DNA of 24,000 bases from an uncultured delta proteobacterium (GTDB lineage Bacteria; Desulfobacterota; Desulfomonilia; Desulfomonilales; Desulfomonilaceae): NCBI GenBank assembly GCA_963747865.1, contig CAVVHK010000021.1:1-24000 (forward strand). Direction: 5' to 3'. Positions 6,921-15,273 of the stretch are shown here, in pieces. The notes under the pieces are model-generated. The model did not search any database, had not been told where the DNA came from, and worked only from the letters and a program-made list of their open reading frames with translations. Both the position numbers and the translations under genes were made by a program. Position 1 is the first letter of the stretch. Every line of letters starts with the position of its first letter.

Positions 6921-7526
6921 TTACTTGTTTATTTTCGCCAATTGACCGATCAATTCTTCCAATCTCGGAACTGTATTGATATCGTGAATTTCTATGTACC
7001 TAATTATCCCTTGTTTGTCTATTACGAACAATGCCCTCTCCGCTGTGCCGTCACCTCTAAGCACTCCATAACTCTGAGCTACCGCGCCGTGAGGCGAAAA
7101 GTCGGAGAGCACCGGGAACCAGACGCCGCCCATTTCTTTAGTCCAGGCGAATAGGGTTGGCGCGTTATCAACGGAAATTCCGAGCACCACCGCCTGGTTC
7201 TTTTCAAAATACTCCTTGGCAATGTTGTAGCCCGGCCATTGCTGGGAGCATACAGGGGTCCATGCGGCGGGAACAAACGATAACACAACGTTTTTTTTGC
7301 CCCTGAATTCGCTCAAGCTTACTTTGCCCCCTGAAACTGACGGCAGAGTGAACTGCGGCGCAACGTCGCCCACTTTGGTCTTCAGTTGGCTGTCCGTGGC
7401 TTTGAGCGTCCCCGGATTGAAAATGCGCGGGTCCATTGGACTAGGGCCTTCCGGGTTCGCGGCCGATCCGACAAGACAAATCATGACGAAGACAACCGGC
7501 GACACTATGAATTTGGTTAAGCTCAT
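6921..7526 (-). CDS. Peroxiredoxin (AhpC/TSA family) with N-terminal signal or anchor sequence
   Basis: 201-aa ORF. It has a hydrophobic N-terminus and [36 protein letters not shown], with the peroxidatic Cys in TPVC. The thioredoxin-fold remainder is intact. Confidence 0.9.
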   Translation of the reverse strand: MSLTKFIVSPVVFVMICLVGSAANPEGPSPMDPRIFNPGTLKATDSQLKTKVGDVAPQFTLPSVSGGKVSLSEFRGKKNVVLSFVPAAWTPVCSQQWPGYNIAKEYFEKNQAVVLGISVDNAPTLFAWTKEMGGVWFPVLSDFSPHGAVAQSYGVLRGDGTAERALFVIDKQGIIRYIEIHDINTVPRLEELIGQLAKINK

Positions 7527-7535
7527 GATTAAGCC

Positions 7536-8103
7536 CTAAAAAGATTCGTCGTTGCGGATTCTCTTCAGAAACCCCTCGGTATCCTTAATGCGTCCCAAAT
7601 GAACCCCCTTGACCTCAAAGGCTCCTGAACCGACCTTCTTCAGGGTACAAGAACGTCGGGGTCCGAACATGCTCGGAGAAGGCCTTCTGCACCGCAAATG
7701 AATCATCAGGCAGAAGAGGAAACTTGATGTCGTATTTTTTTCTGAACACGTCCACTTCAAAGGGCGTATTCCCGACTCCTATGCCCAACACTTTCAATTT
7801 GGTTTTTAGACTTTCATCTTTCTCAACCGCTGAGAACAGCTCGTTCACATTCGGCGCTTCCGCTTGACAAATCGGGCAATACATACTGAATATTTCCACG
7901 AGTAGGTAGGCCGCCGGAGCCTCAGAAAGCGTGAAGGACTCTTTCTTCTTCACCTGCAAGTAGGCCTGTTCATCTGCGTTCTTCGGGGCCTGGAAACGAA
8001 TCTTGCTCAGAGCGGTTGTGTCCACTTTAAGGGATGTGGCCATTGCGAAACCGGCGGAAACAGCGAAGGCGCAAATTAACAAAACAATTAAACGGTTACG
8101 CAT
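7536..8103 (-). pseudogene. TlpA/ResA-like thiol-disulfide oxidoreductase (CPIC motif), apparent single frameshift near 7655
   Basis: The real start is ATG 8103 (MRNRLIVLLICAFAVSAGFA, a signal peptide). It has a YCPICQ redox motif and then ...HVRTPTFLYP. The expected last strand and helix (LKKVGSGAFEVKGVHLGRIKDTEGFLKRI) lie in the frame of ORF 7536..7760. Confidence 0.75.
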
Positions 8104-8176
8104 AGCAATTCCCCGACGAACTCCGTCTGTCACGAGAACGCCCCATCCTGCCGAGCCGCGTCTATCGCGCTTACGA

Positions 8177-8365
8177 TCATTTGGCCCCCGGCATGGGAAC
8201 AGGCTTAAACATTTTCTTGGTGGCGCCGCAGATCGGGCATTTCCAGTCATCGGGAAGGTCTTCAAAGGCCGTCCCTTTGGGAATCTTCCCTTTCCTATCC
8301 CCTCTGGAAGAGTCATAAATATATCCGCAATTCACAGTTTGGCACTGATAGAGTTGTTGGCTCAT
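8177..8365 (-). CDS. rub: Rubredoxin
   Basis: 62 aa with [13 protein letters not shown] and [15 protein letters not shown], the two Cys-x-x-Cys knuckles of rubredoxin. Confidence 0.92.
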   Translation of the reverse strand: MSQQLYQCQTVNCGYIYDSSRGDRKGKIPKGTAFEDLPDDWKCPICGATKKMFKPVPMPGAK

Positions 8366-8474
8366 TTGGCGCCCTTGAATCCTTTCAGGTTAGATCTCAG
8401 GTAAATCGGCTCCTCAGATAATTCTGATCGCTTCGGATCGCGCTACTGAACCGTATCCATTCGGTTACGCGGGG

Positions 8475-8559
8475 GAGATTGCTTCGCCCCGCTCGCAATG
8501 ACAAGCCCAAATGTCATTGCGAGGACTGAAATCCCGCGTTCCGGCGGGAAAGCAATCTC
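8475..8559. repeat. Nested inverted-repeat element (REP/MITE-like)
   Basis: The outer arms GAGATTGCTT (8475-8484) and AAGCAATCTC (8550-8559) enclose the perfect inner arms CTCGCAATGACA (8492-8503) and TGTCATTGCGAG (8512-8523). A related half copy lies at 9489-9523. Confidence 0.7.
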
Positions 8560-8743
8560 TGTATTCGCCGCTCATGACTGAATGGTTACAATGAACCAAT
8601 ATACCGATCTTCGAAAGCAGCGGGTCAATGAACGGGCTGCAATAATTATATCTCGTGAAGAGATTCGGGGAAGGCCTTTTTCCAAAGAAGCCCTCCCGCG
8701 TATCTCTTCCAAACACCCTTAGATTTGGCGACTTGCTCTAATA

Positions 8744-9115
8744 TCAGTCCTTCCAAAGTCCGTGCAGGTTACAGTATTCACGCGCCGTCCATTCGCCCTC
8801 CACAGGGAATACGGCTTCAGGAGCCTGGCCAGGTTTTAAGAATTGCTTGTAGGTTTTGTCGCCCGAAATAATCTCCACCCACTCGATAAAATGCTTTTCT
8901 TCCATAGGGTGAGGAACGGAGCCCACCTTCACCTTCAGCCCGCCGGCCACTGTCTCCTTCACCGGGACATGTTTCTCTTTAGCAGCGTCAACAGTGTTTT
9001 CTTTGAACAATTTCATAGCTTGGCCGCAACAAACAAGTTCTCCAACGCCAGTATGTACCATTTCCACAATGTTTCCACAAATTTCACATTTGTAAACCTG
9101 AAGAAGCTCTGTCAT
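8744..9115 (-). CDS. dfx: Desulfoferrodoxin (2Fe superoxide reductase)
   Basis: 123 aa. It has the N-terminal desulforedoxin-like CEICGN...VCCG and the C-terminal SOR centre residues ([23 protein letters not shown]). Confidence 0.93.
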   Translation of the reverse strand: MTELLQVYKCEICGNIVEMVHTGVGELVCCGQAMKLFKENTVDAAKEKHVPVKETVAGGLKVKVGSVPHPMEEKHFIEWVEIISGDKTYKQFLKPGQAPEAVFPVEGEWTAREYCNLHGLWKD

Positions 9116-9488
9116 AACAACCTCCGAATTCCAGCATTAGAAAGTGTAGATTCAATATCCGAGGAACCAAATCCCCCCTGTGACTCAAAGGCTTCCGGTC
9201 TTTTTTCATCATACAAATTTTTGCTGAGACTTACAATTTGATTACGACGCCGCAAAGAGTCGCCGGTCCCGAACATTCCAGATGGCCGACCTAATAGACG
9301 CAATAATTAAGACTTTGAGCGGATATTTCGGCGGGCCTTTCTCTGAAAGAAGGCCCATCCGGGAGCCTCTCCCCGAAGCTCTTAAAGTCATCCGCATTCA
9401 AAACTCCGGGAACTTCGGAACCGTGCGGAGCCGAATTCTGTCGTTGAGGGGGTTGTAGCCAATGGCAATCTCATCGTCCATAAAACGT

Positions 9489-9523
9489 GAGATCGCTTCG
9501 TGGCTTCGCGCCTCGCAACGACA
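9489..9523. repeat. Partial copy of the 8475-8559 repeat family
   Basis: GAGATCGCTTCGTGGCTTCGCGCCTCGCAACGACA resembles GAGATTGCTTCGCCCCGCTCGCAATGACA at 8475-8503. The second arm is absent. Confidence 0.5.
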
Positions 9524-9576
9524 TATTTGCAGATCAAAGCAATTGAAGCGCTTTTTTACCTATGCGGCGAATCGAT

Positions 9577-9605
9577 AAAAAAATGACTACAGGTTCTGAA
9601 ACCTG
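9577..9605 (-). terminator. Rho-independent terminator after rubrerythrin
   Basis: The minus strand reads CAGGTT-tcag-AACCTG (9605-9590), followed after 6 nt by TTTTTTT (9583-9577), directly after the stop at 9608. Confidence 0.55.
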
Positions 9606-9607
9606 AT

Positions 9608-10183
9608 CTACCAATTTTCAGCCAAAATCTCGAAATACGATTGCGGGTGGGCGCAAGCCGGACAGGCGTCCGGGGCTCCATTTCCTTCATGAAGATAGCC
9701 GCAGTTTATGCATCTCCAAACTACGGGGCTTTCTTTTTTGAAGACCAGGCCCTGCTCCACGTTGCGAAGCAGATGCAAGTAGCGTTTTTCATGCTGTTTT
9801 TCAGCGACGCAAACCGCTTCCCAAATTTTTGCGGCGACATCAAATCCTTCGGCGTAGGCTGTCTTGACGAAACCGGGATAGAGTTCAGTCCACTCAAAAT
9901 GCTCCCCTGCCGCAGCTTCTTTCAAGTTATTCATTGTGGCCGCAATTACGCCCGCGGGAAACGCTGCTTGGATAACCAAATCGCTTCCCTGGAGCTGCTT
10001 AAAAAACCTTTTTGCATGCTCTTTTTCTTGATTGGCGGTTTCTTCGAAAATCTGGGCGATTTGAACAAACCCCTCGTTCTTGGCCTGCGAAGCAAAATAA
10101 GTGTATCGATTGCGAGCCTGGGATTCTCCTGCAAACGAAATCAGAAGGTTCTTTTCGGTTTCGGAACCCTTCCAGTCCACCAT
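9608..10183 (-). CDS. rbr: Rubrerythrin
   Basis: It starts at ATG 10183 (MVDWKGSETEKNL) with AAAGGAGA upstream. It has di-iron four-helix motifs (ESQARNRY, EKEHAK, EKQHEKRY) and a C-terminal rubredoxin-like CINCGY...CPACAHP. Confidence 0.92.
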   Translation of the reverse strand: MVDWKGSETEKNLLISFAGESQARNRYTYFASQAKNEGFVQIAQIFEETANQEKEHAKRFFKQLQGSDLVIQAAFPAGVIAATMNNLKEAAAGEHFEWTELYPGFVKTAYAEGFDVAAKIWEAVCVAEKQHEKRYLHLLRNVEQGLVFKKESPVVWRCINCGYLHEGNGAPDACPACAHPQSYFEILAENW

Positions 10184-10263
10184 TGATGTTCTCCTTTCAT
10201 CGATTAATTTGGCGTTGGTCAAGCGCTTTAAACCGCTTGGCAAAATAGAAATTCCAAAACAGC

Positions 10264-10713
10264 TCAGCATAATTTCCCTTCGGGCCGCCCGCCGGATGCG
10301 AGCTCTCCCTCTTCCAGCTCGGGATGTTTACGTCTGCAATCCGGACACAACCCCATGAACTCCAATTTGTGCCACAGAACTTTATAGTCGCTCACCTGAG
10401 CGAGCGTCTGGTCAATCATGGAAATAGGATCCAGGGGCGCATCATCGACGCGCTGACACTTAACACACCTTATGTGGTAGTGATTGGCCGCTTTCCCGTC
10501 GAACCTCTTCTGCGAGCCCGCCATCTCTAACTTCAAGATGACTCCCATTTCCGAAAGAAGTTCCAGATTCCTGTAAACCGTCCCCAGGCTGATTTTAGGC
10601 AAACGTCGGCGCACCATTTCGTAGACCTCCACGGCGGTAGGGTGTGAATGCACCTTACTGAGCTCTTCGATTATGATGCGACGCTGATTTGTCACCCGCG
10701 GCCGAGCGTTCAA
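10264..10713 (-). CDS. perR: Fur-family transcriptional regulator, PerR-like by context
   Basis: 149 aa with a winged-helix N-terminus (HPTAVEVYEMV...ISLGTVYRNL), HYHIRCVKCQRV and a CPDC Zn-site motif. It lies immediately upstream of rubrerythrin. The start appears to be TTG 10713, with AAAGG upstream. Confidence 0.75.
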   Translation of the reverse strand: MNARPRVTNQRRIIIEELSKVHSHPTAVEVYEMVRRRLPKISLGTVYRNLELLSEMGVILKLEMAGSQKRFDGKAANHYHIRCVKCQRVDDAPLDPISMIDQTLAQVSDYKVLWHKLEFMGLCPDCRRKHPELEEGELASGGRPEGKLC

Positions 10714-10749
10714 TCCGTTTACCTTTCAGTAATAGTAATCAGTCTCATT

Positions 10750-10778
10750 AAGCTACAATCACTCGCTCTGACTGTCAA
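10750..10778 (-). promoter_or_regulatory. Candidate sigma-70 promoter of the perR-rbr unit
   Basis: The minus strand has TTGACA (10778-10773), a 17-nt spacer and TAGCTT (10755-10750). A tandem AGTAAT-AGTAAT (plus strand 10728-10739) lies just downstream in the leader as a candidate operator. Confidence 0.4.
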
Positions 10779-10799
10779 GAGAAACTTTCCCCACTTCGA

Positions 10800-11498
10800 T
10801 TATTTTTGCGCCGGATCGGGAACGCCGACCTCTTCGAACCCTTTTTTTCTTAATATGCAACTATCGCAATGTCCGCATGGCCTCCCGGACGGAGTAGGAT
10901 CGTAGCATGAATGGGTAAGGCCGTAATCCAGCCCCAGTTCCAGGCCTTTCTTAATTATCTCCGCTTTGGTCAGCATTATCAATGGAGTATGAATTGTCAT
11001 CTTGAAGCGGCCTTCCACAGCCTGTTTCGTGGCCAAGTTGGCCATGGCTGCGAACGCTTCGATGTATTCCGGTCTGCAATCGGGATAACCCGAGTAGTCT
11101 ATGGCGTTGACTCCTATGAAGATATCCGCGGCCCTAAGGACTTCGGCCCAAGCCAGAGCAAACGATAGGAATATCGTGTTCCTTGCGGGCACATAGGTTA
11201 TTGGAATCCCGACCTGCATTTCTTCAAGGCTGCGGCTCTTCGGGACTTCCAAATCCGAAGTGAGAGCCGAACCGCCGATTTTGTCCAGCGGCAACTCCAG
11301 AACCAAATGTTCGATGACTCCGGCCGCCTGGGCCACTTTTTGCGCGGCTTCCATTTCCACCCGGTGGCGTTGGTGATAATAGAAACTGATGGCATGTAAT
11401 TGGTAACCTTGAGCTTTTGCAATAGCCAAACATGTGGAGGAATCCACTCCACCGGAAAGCAGCACAACCGCTTTTCCAGGTGATTTCGTCAAATCCAT
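10800..11498 (-). CDS. queC: 7-cyano-7-deazaguanine synthase QueC
   Basis: It starts at ATG 11498 ([21 protein letters not shown], a PP-loop) with AAGGAGA upstream. The C-terminal Zn motif is [14 protein letters not shown]. The 303-aa track ORF is an upstream over-extension. Confidence 0.92.
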   Translation of the reverse strand: MDLTKSPGKAVVLLSGGVDSSTCLAIAKAQGYQLHAISFYYHQRHRVEMEAAQKVAQAAGVIEHLVLELPLDKIGGSALTSDLEVPKSRSLEEMQVGIPITYVPARNTIFLSFALAWAEVLRAADIFIGVNAIDYSGYPDCRPEYIEAFAAMANLATKQAVEGRFKMTIHTPLIMLTKAEIIKKGLELGLDYGLTHSCYDPTPSGRPCGHCDSCILRKKGFEEVGVPDPAQK

Positions 11499-11665
11499 AT
11501 TGGTCTCCTTGTTCGTAAGCATGCCCAGAGAGAAAACTTTTCTTGTGCAACGGATTGACGCCGACGACCATGGGCTTCTCCCATGGCTACCCATGGGAAC
11601 TCCCCCGCAGGAGGACAAGTGGAGGCCGTCATGACGCCATCTTGGAAGTTCTTGAATCGAGGTCG

Positions 11666-11697
11666 GGAGGGGAACTTCCTTGAAGTAGTTCCCCTCC
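11666..11697 (-). other. Perfect 11-bp hairpin in the arsS-queC spacer
   Basis: GGAGGGGAACT (11666-11676) pairs with AGTTCCCCTCC (11687-11697) across a 10-nt loop. No U-tract follows on either strand. Confidence 0.5.
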
Positions 11698-11733
11698 GGC
11701 AGCTCTCTCATGAGGGCTCTTACCTTAATTCTA

Positions 11734-11749
11734 CGCTCGAACTCAAGCG
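11734..11749 (-). promoter_or_regulatory. Candidate bacterial SECIS hairpin for the arsS-like UGA
   Basis: The minus strand reads CGCUUG-AGUU-CGAGCG, a 6-bp stem including one G-U and a loop containing GU. It starts 14 nt after the UGA. Confidence 0.55.
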
Positions 11750-12723
11750 ACTATGGCGCCCCCTCAGGTGAATCCCGAGCCGGCGGTACATGCGTAACAG
11801 TGATCCGATACCGCAATGTTGGCTCCCGGAGCAGGTGGACGGTCAACCTCAGACACACTGGTCCGAATCCCCCCGGCAGGAATTCCGGCAGCCAAGTTGA
11901 AATCGCAATCATAAAGATAACCGTCCCACGACACCGAAATGAGGCTTCTGCACATCAGGCCGGGGACCGTGCAAGGGTTAAATTGGCCGGCCAATTTCTT
12001 GAGGTAAGATTCGTAGTTGCCGGACGCGAGCAACCAGCTCTTGAATCTGCCCAACGGAACGTTGGCGAAAGTGAAAAGATTGCTGAACTCGATGGCCCAT
12101 TTTTCCTTGAGCTCCCGACGAAACCTGTCTCCGGCCTCCTGCGGGCCGGGCGGCAAAAACGCGCCGGCGGGATTGCTCACAAGGTTGAGTTCCAAACCTG
12201 TCTCAGGGAGCCCATAACCCGCTCGGTTGAGCAGTCTTAACGCTTCGATGGTTTTGTCAAACAAACCGAAACCGCGTTGAGTCTCCAACTGGCGCAGATT
12301 AGTCGAAGGAAAAGAACCGACGATCACTACGCCCAAATTCGCGCATGCTGACACTATTTCATCCGATGGTCGTTCGACCAGGACCGTTAGATTCGAGCGC
12401 AGCATTACGCGTGGGGCCGCATGTGAGGCTTTCTTCAACAAATACAAAAGATTTGGGTTTAACTCCGGGGCGCCTCCGGTTATGTCTATTACCTGAAAGG
12501 CCGATTTTTCGGCAAAGTCCACCACGAGACCCATGGTCTCGCGTGTCATGATTTCCTCCCGATCGGGCCCCGCCTCGAGGTGGCAATGGCGACAAGCCTG
12601 ATTGCAGGCAAACCCGACGTTAACCTGCAAGACGCCTGTTTCCGCGCGCTTTAGATCCAGCCCGTGCTTGGTCAGCGCGCCGTGAAACGGCAGGATTCCC
12701 TCAATTCTGGCTGCGATGGACAT
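11743..12723 (-). CDS. arsS: ArsS-like radical SAM / Cys-rich domain protein, probable selenoprotein (UGA at 11766-11764 read as Sec)
   Basis: It has the radical SAM motif CNQACRHC near the N-terminus and a long Cys-rich C-terminal domain ending [31 protein letters not shown]-like hairpin follows the first TGA. From memory, members of this family carry Cys or Sec at this C-terminal position. Confidence 0.8.
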
Positions 12724-12739
12724 TGCGTCGGCCTACGTC

Positions 12740-13073
12740 TTACAAAGACATCTTTGTCGCAACGTTACGCATCTGGATGCCATGCACGAGCGACGATCCT
12801 CCGCGAATAGCCACGGCCACATGCACAGCTTCAGTCATTTCGTCCAGGTTCGAGCCCTTTTCCAGGCAAGCCTGAGTATATGCGTCAATACAATACGGAC
12901 ACTGCACCGTGTGCGCCACGGCCAGGGCTATCAGCGACTTTTCTCGTTCCGTGAGCGCCCCCGCCTTAAAAACCGTGGCATAATATTCGAAAAACTTCTT
13001 CGCCGGCTCAGGCGCGTCTTCTCCTATCTCGCCGAACTTCAATAGGTCCTTTGGATCGTAGGTACGTTTCCAT
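12740..13073 (-). pseudogene. AhpD-like (carboxymuconolactone decarboxylase family) peroxidase-like protein, apparent 1-nt frameshift at the N-terminus
   Basis: ORF 12740..13042 has ALTEREKSLIALAVAHTVQCPYCIDAYT, the AhpD-type CxxC. Upstream, ATG 13073 gives METY and then, one frame off, YDPKDLLKFGEIGEDAPE joins the ORF. No in-frame ATG or GTG exists otherwise; the track start is TTG. It is adjacent to the ArsS-like gene, a pairing I recall for this family. Confidence 0.75.
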
Positions 13074-13298
13074 TTTTGCCCCTTCGTGGTCGAGCGGTCG
13101 AAAATCTCTCTTGAGTTTGAGAGCGATGTATACTACCCACAATATTAATGGGCTGAGCAACCAAAGCAAAGAGTAATTTGACTTCGCGCCTGTTAAGAAG
13201 TTTTCCGGCCGTTTGCCGGGGCGTGTCTCCTTGGCGCCGTCAAAGTAATTACAGCGATAAACGATCACCATTTCCGAAAAAAGGAATCAAATACAATC

Positions 13299-13955
13299 GT
13301 GGAAGACAGATCTTTCAAGCAGAAAGCCTTTGATTTTGTCACGTTCCCCGTTAGGGCGCTCACGCTTCACGGTGGGATAGACATGTGGGGGATGACCTCA
13401 CTGGCTTCGGAACGGTTCTATTACGTGAGCCAATATGTGGTGGGATACTCCTTGGATGTTGGTTGCGGCAGAGGAAACCGCTTCATCAACGAGTTCCTCG
13501 CCGGTTTTGGCAAGGGCATTGATGTTTATCGCTATGAAGGGCTTACGGACGAAAACATAGTTGACGACATCTCTAAGTTTCCCTTTCCGAACAGGAGTTT
13601 TTCTTCAGTAACATTCATAGCTAATCTGAATCATGTCCCTAAGGACTTGCGTGACACTGAATTAGCCGAATCCTATCGAGTCCTCAAACCCGGCGGCAAC
13701 ATAATCGTGACCATGGGCAGGCCGTTTGTCGAGATTCTAGTCCACAAACTAGTCGCATTCTACGACCGATACTTCCATACCGATTTTGACATCGACAACG
13801 AACGAGGCATGGATGCGGACGAACATTATTTTCTTACGCCTGAGGAAATAAATAATCGTCTGTCCGAAGCGGGTTTCGTTAGACTGGAGAAGAAATTGTT
13901 CTGGACTCAATGGGGGCTGAATCAACTCTTTATCGGTTGGAAGCCGGAGAATTGA
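13299..13955 (+). CDS. Class I SAM-dependent methyltransferase
   Basis: 218 aa with a GTG start. It has the SAM-binding motif I LDVGCGRGNRF and the later LKPGGNIIV motif. The substrate is unknown. Confidence 0.75.
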   Translation: MEDRSFKQKAFDFVTFPVRALTLHGGIDMWGMTSLASERFYYVSQYVVGYSLDVGCGRGNRFINEFLAGFGKGIDVYRYEGLTDENIVDDISKFPFPNRSFSSVTFIANLNHVPKDLRDTELAESYRVLKPGGNIIVTMGRPFVEILVHKLVAFYDRYFHTDFDIDNERGMDADEHYFLTPEEINNRLSEAGFVRLEKKLFWTQWGLNQLFIGWKPEN

Positions 13956-14751
13956 TCTCGCTTGCGGCCTTCTTGAAGCGCAGCCGGTGAGACTGTTCGA
14001 GGCTGCCGTTGCTAACTGCGGCGCGAGTAATAATCGATACTGCGCTCTTTCAGCGCAGCAGATCGGTCGCTACCAACAGGCGGTTCCCGGCGCGCCCTCA
14101 CGAAAGATTGGGAGTTGTGTCAGCGGAGCCTTTTTGGAACGATAGCGTTCCAACGGGTCCCAGGGACCGCTGATTGCCTGGTTTTCGCGCAGCTAACGCT
14201 CGATAATCGCCCCCCATTCCATTGCATGGGTCCAATGGACCCGGCAAGTCTTCCTCGTTCGCCTCACGATGCGCCTCGGTATAGACCGAACTAAATGATA
14301 TCATGGACTAATTATTACCACTTCCTATCCGCAAAATCTGGCCCAATAGTTGCTACACTTTACCTTCTCGGAAAGTTGAGGACGGGCACACGGTTACCTC
14401 ATACCGTTTCGAAGAGTTCAAATTAACTCCTGATTTCTATCTCCTTGGCTGGAGCCTGGGAATAAGCGAGTAGATCACTTCAATTTGCCCTAACTCGGAT
14501 CAGATCGCAGCGGGCAATGATTCAGGGCAAAAGTCCGGCATGGGCGCCGGCGTGTGGAGAAACAGCGATTGCGAACTCCGATGAGGTGGCCAAAGCTGGG
14601 CCATTGAGTGCGTGAAAAGAGAGAGACCGTCGCTTCATAACAAACCATTTCCGGGCATGGAGTAACTTGTGTGAGTCATGAGGGGAGAAGACCAGGTATC
14701 CGTAACTCTTCCAACAACACTATCCCAATTACCACCAAGTGGAGGAAAGCC

Positions 14752-15201
14752 ATGAAGAAGCTAGCTCTGGTTATGCTCGTCCTAGCGTTCGCCGGCCAGG
14801 CGTGTGCGGAGGGAGATGATCAACTCGTCATAGGCCTGGTCGACAAGGCCGTAGAGATTTTCAAAACTCAGGGCAAGGAACAGGCCATCAAGGTGCTCAA
14901 CGCCTCAGCCGGACCTTTGAGGAAAGGCTCGATTTATGCTTTTGCGGTGGACTTCACCGGCCACAACTTGAGCCATCCGGTTCAGGAAGACTTGCGTGGG
15001 AAGGACACCTGGGAGCAGCAGGACGCTAAAGGAAAATTCATTGTTCAGGATTTCATCAAGATAGCGAAGCAACAAGGTCAGGGTTGGAGCGAGTATTGGT
15101 GGCTGAGGGTGAACGAGACCACGCCCACCTTAAAGAAGACGTTTATAAAGAAAGTCCCCGGCGAGGACATCTTGGTCGGCGCAGGATATTACGTTAAATA
15201 G
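14752..15201 (+). CDS. Secreted single Cache_2-type sensor-domain protein
   Basis: It starts at ATG 14752 (MKKLALVMLVLAFAGQACA, a signal peptide) with GGAGGAAA upstream. The pattern GSIYAFAVDFTGHNLSHP...LRGKD...DAKGKF...GQGWSEYWW...VGAGYY matches the Cache_2 / PDC fold pattern as I know it. Confidence 0.75.
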   Translation: MKKLALVMLVLAFAGQACAEGDDQLVIGLVDKAVEIFKTQGKEQAIKVLNASAGPLRKGSIYAFAVDFTGHNLSHPVQEDLRGKDTWEQQDAKGKFIVQDFIKIAKQQGQGWSEYWWLRVNETTPTLKKTFIKKVPGEDILVGAGYYVK

Positions 15202-15208
15202 GTGTAAT

Positions 15209-15255
15209 GGTTCACAGGGAGACCTCTGCTTGGCAAAAGGGTTTCCCGGTGAACC
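15209..15255. terminator. Long imperfect hairpin between convergent genes
   Basis: GGTTCAC (15209-15215) pairs with GTGAACC (15249-15255). Further imperfect pairing inside (GGGAGACC with GGGTTTCCC) extends the stem. Confidence 0.4.
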
Positions 15256-15273
15256 AGGGCCAGGGTTCCAACT

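Noticed and set aside
8104-8316. N-terminal 71-aa extension of track ORF 7615..8316
   Set aside because: It overlaps the rubredoxin gene out of frame and is Arg/Pro-rich. The signal peptide begins at ATG 8103, which I take as the true start.
8465-8716. 83-aa minus-strand ORF
   Set aside because: It is generated by the nested inverted-repeat element (8475-8559). It has no SD motif, and the translation (…CHCERGEAISPA) is the typical by-product of this repeat.
9116-9480. Short minus-strand reading frames (e.g. MDDEIAIGYNPLNDRIRLRTVPKFPEF from about 9482, and track ORF 9112..9303)
   Set aside because: They are fragmentary, need frame changes to continue, lack a clear SD motif and belong to no family I can name with confidence. 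They may be relics of a small gene, but the evidence is insufficient.
11499-11600. preQ1 riboswitch upstream of queC
   Set aside because: It was expected from context. I find no preQ1-I-like short hairpin followed by a CCCUC...A-rich tail, nor anything resembling classes II or III. The region is reported only as an unexplained structured leader.
13074-13271. Upstream part of track ORF 13008..13271, with a hydrophobic stretch (SLLWLLSPLILWVVYIALKL), as a small membrane protein or N-terminal anchor of the AhpD-like protein
   Set aside because: It is in frame with ATG 13073 only because no stop intervenes. It has no SD motif or convincing start, and homologs as I recall them begin near METY-YDPKDL. 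I leave it uncalled.
14500-14610. GGGCAAAAGTCCGG and GGCCAAAGCTGGGCC strings reminiscent of c-di-GMP-I (GEMM) or RNase P conserved segments
   Set aside because: The surrounding helices, GNRA loop and receptor, and the other conserved RNase P regions are all absent. The resemblance is limited to a few nucleotides.
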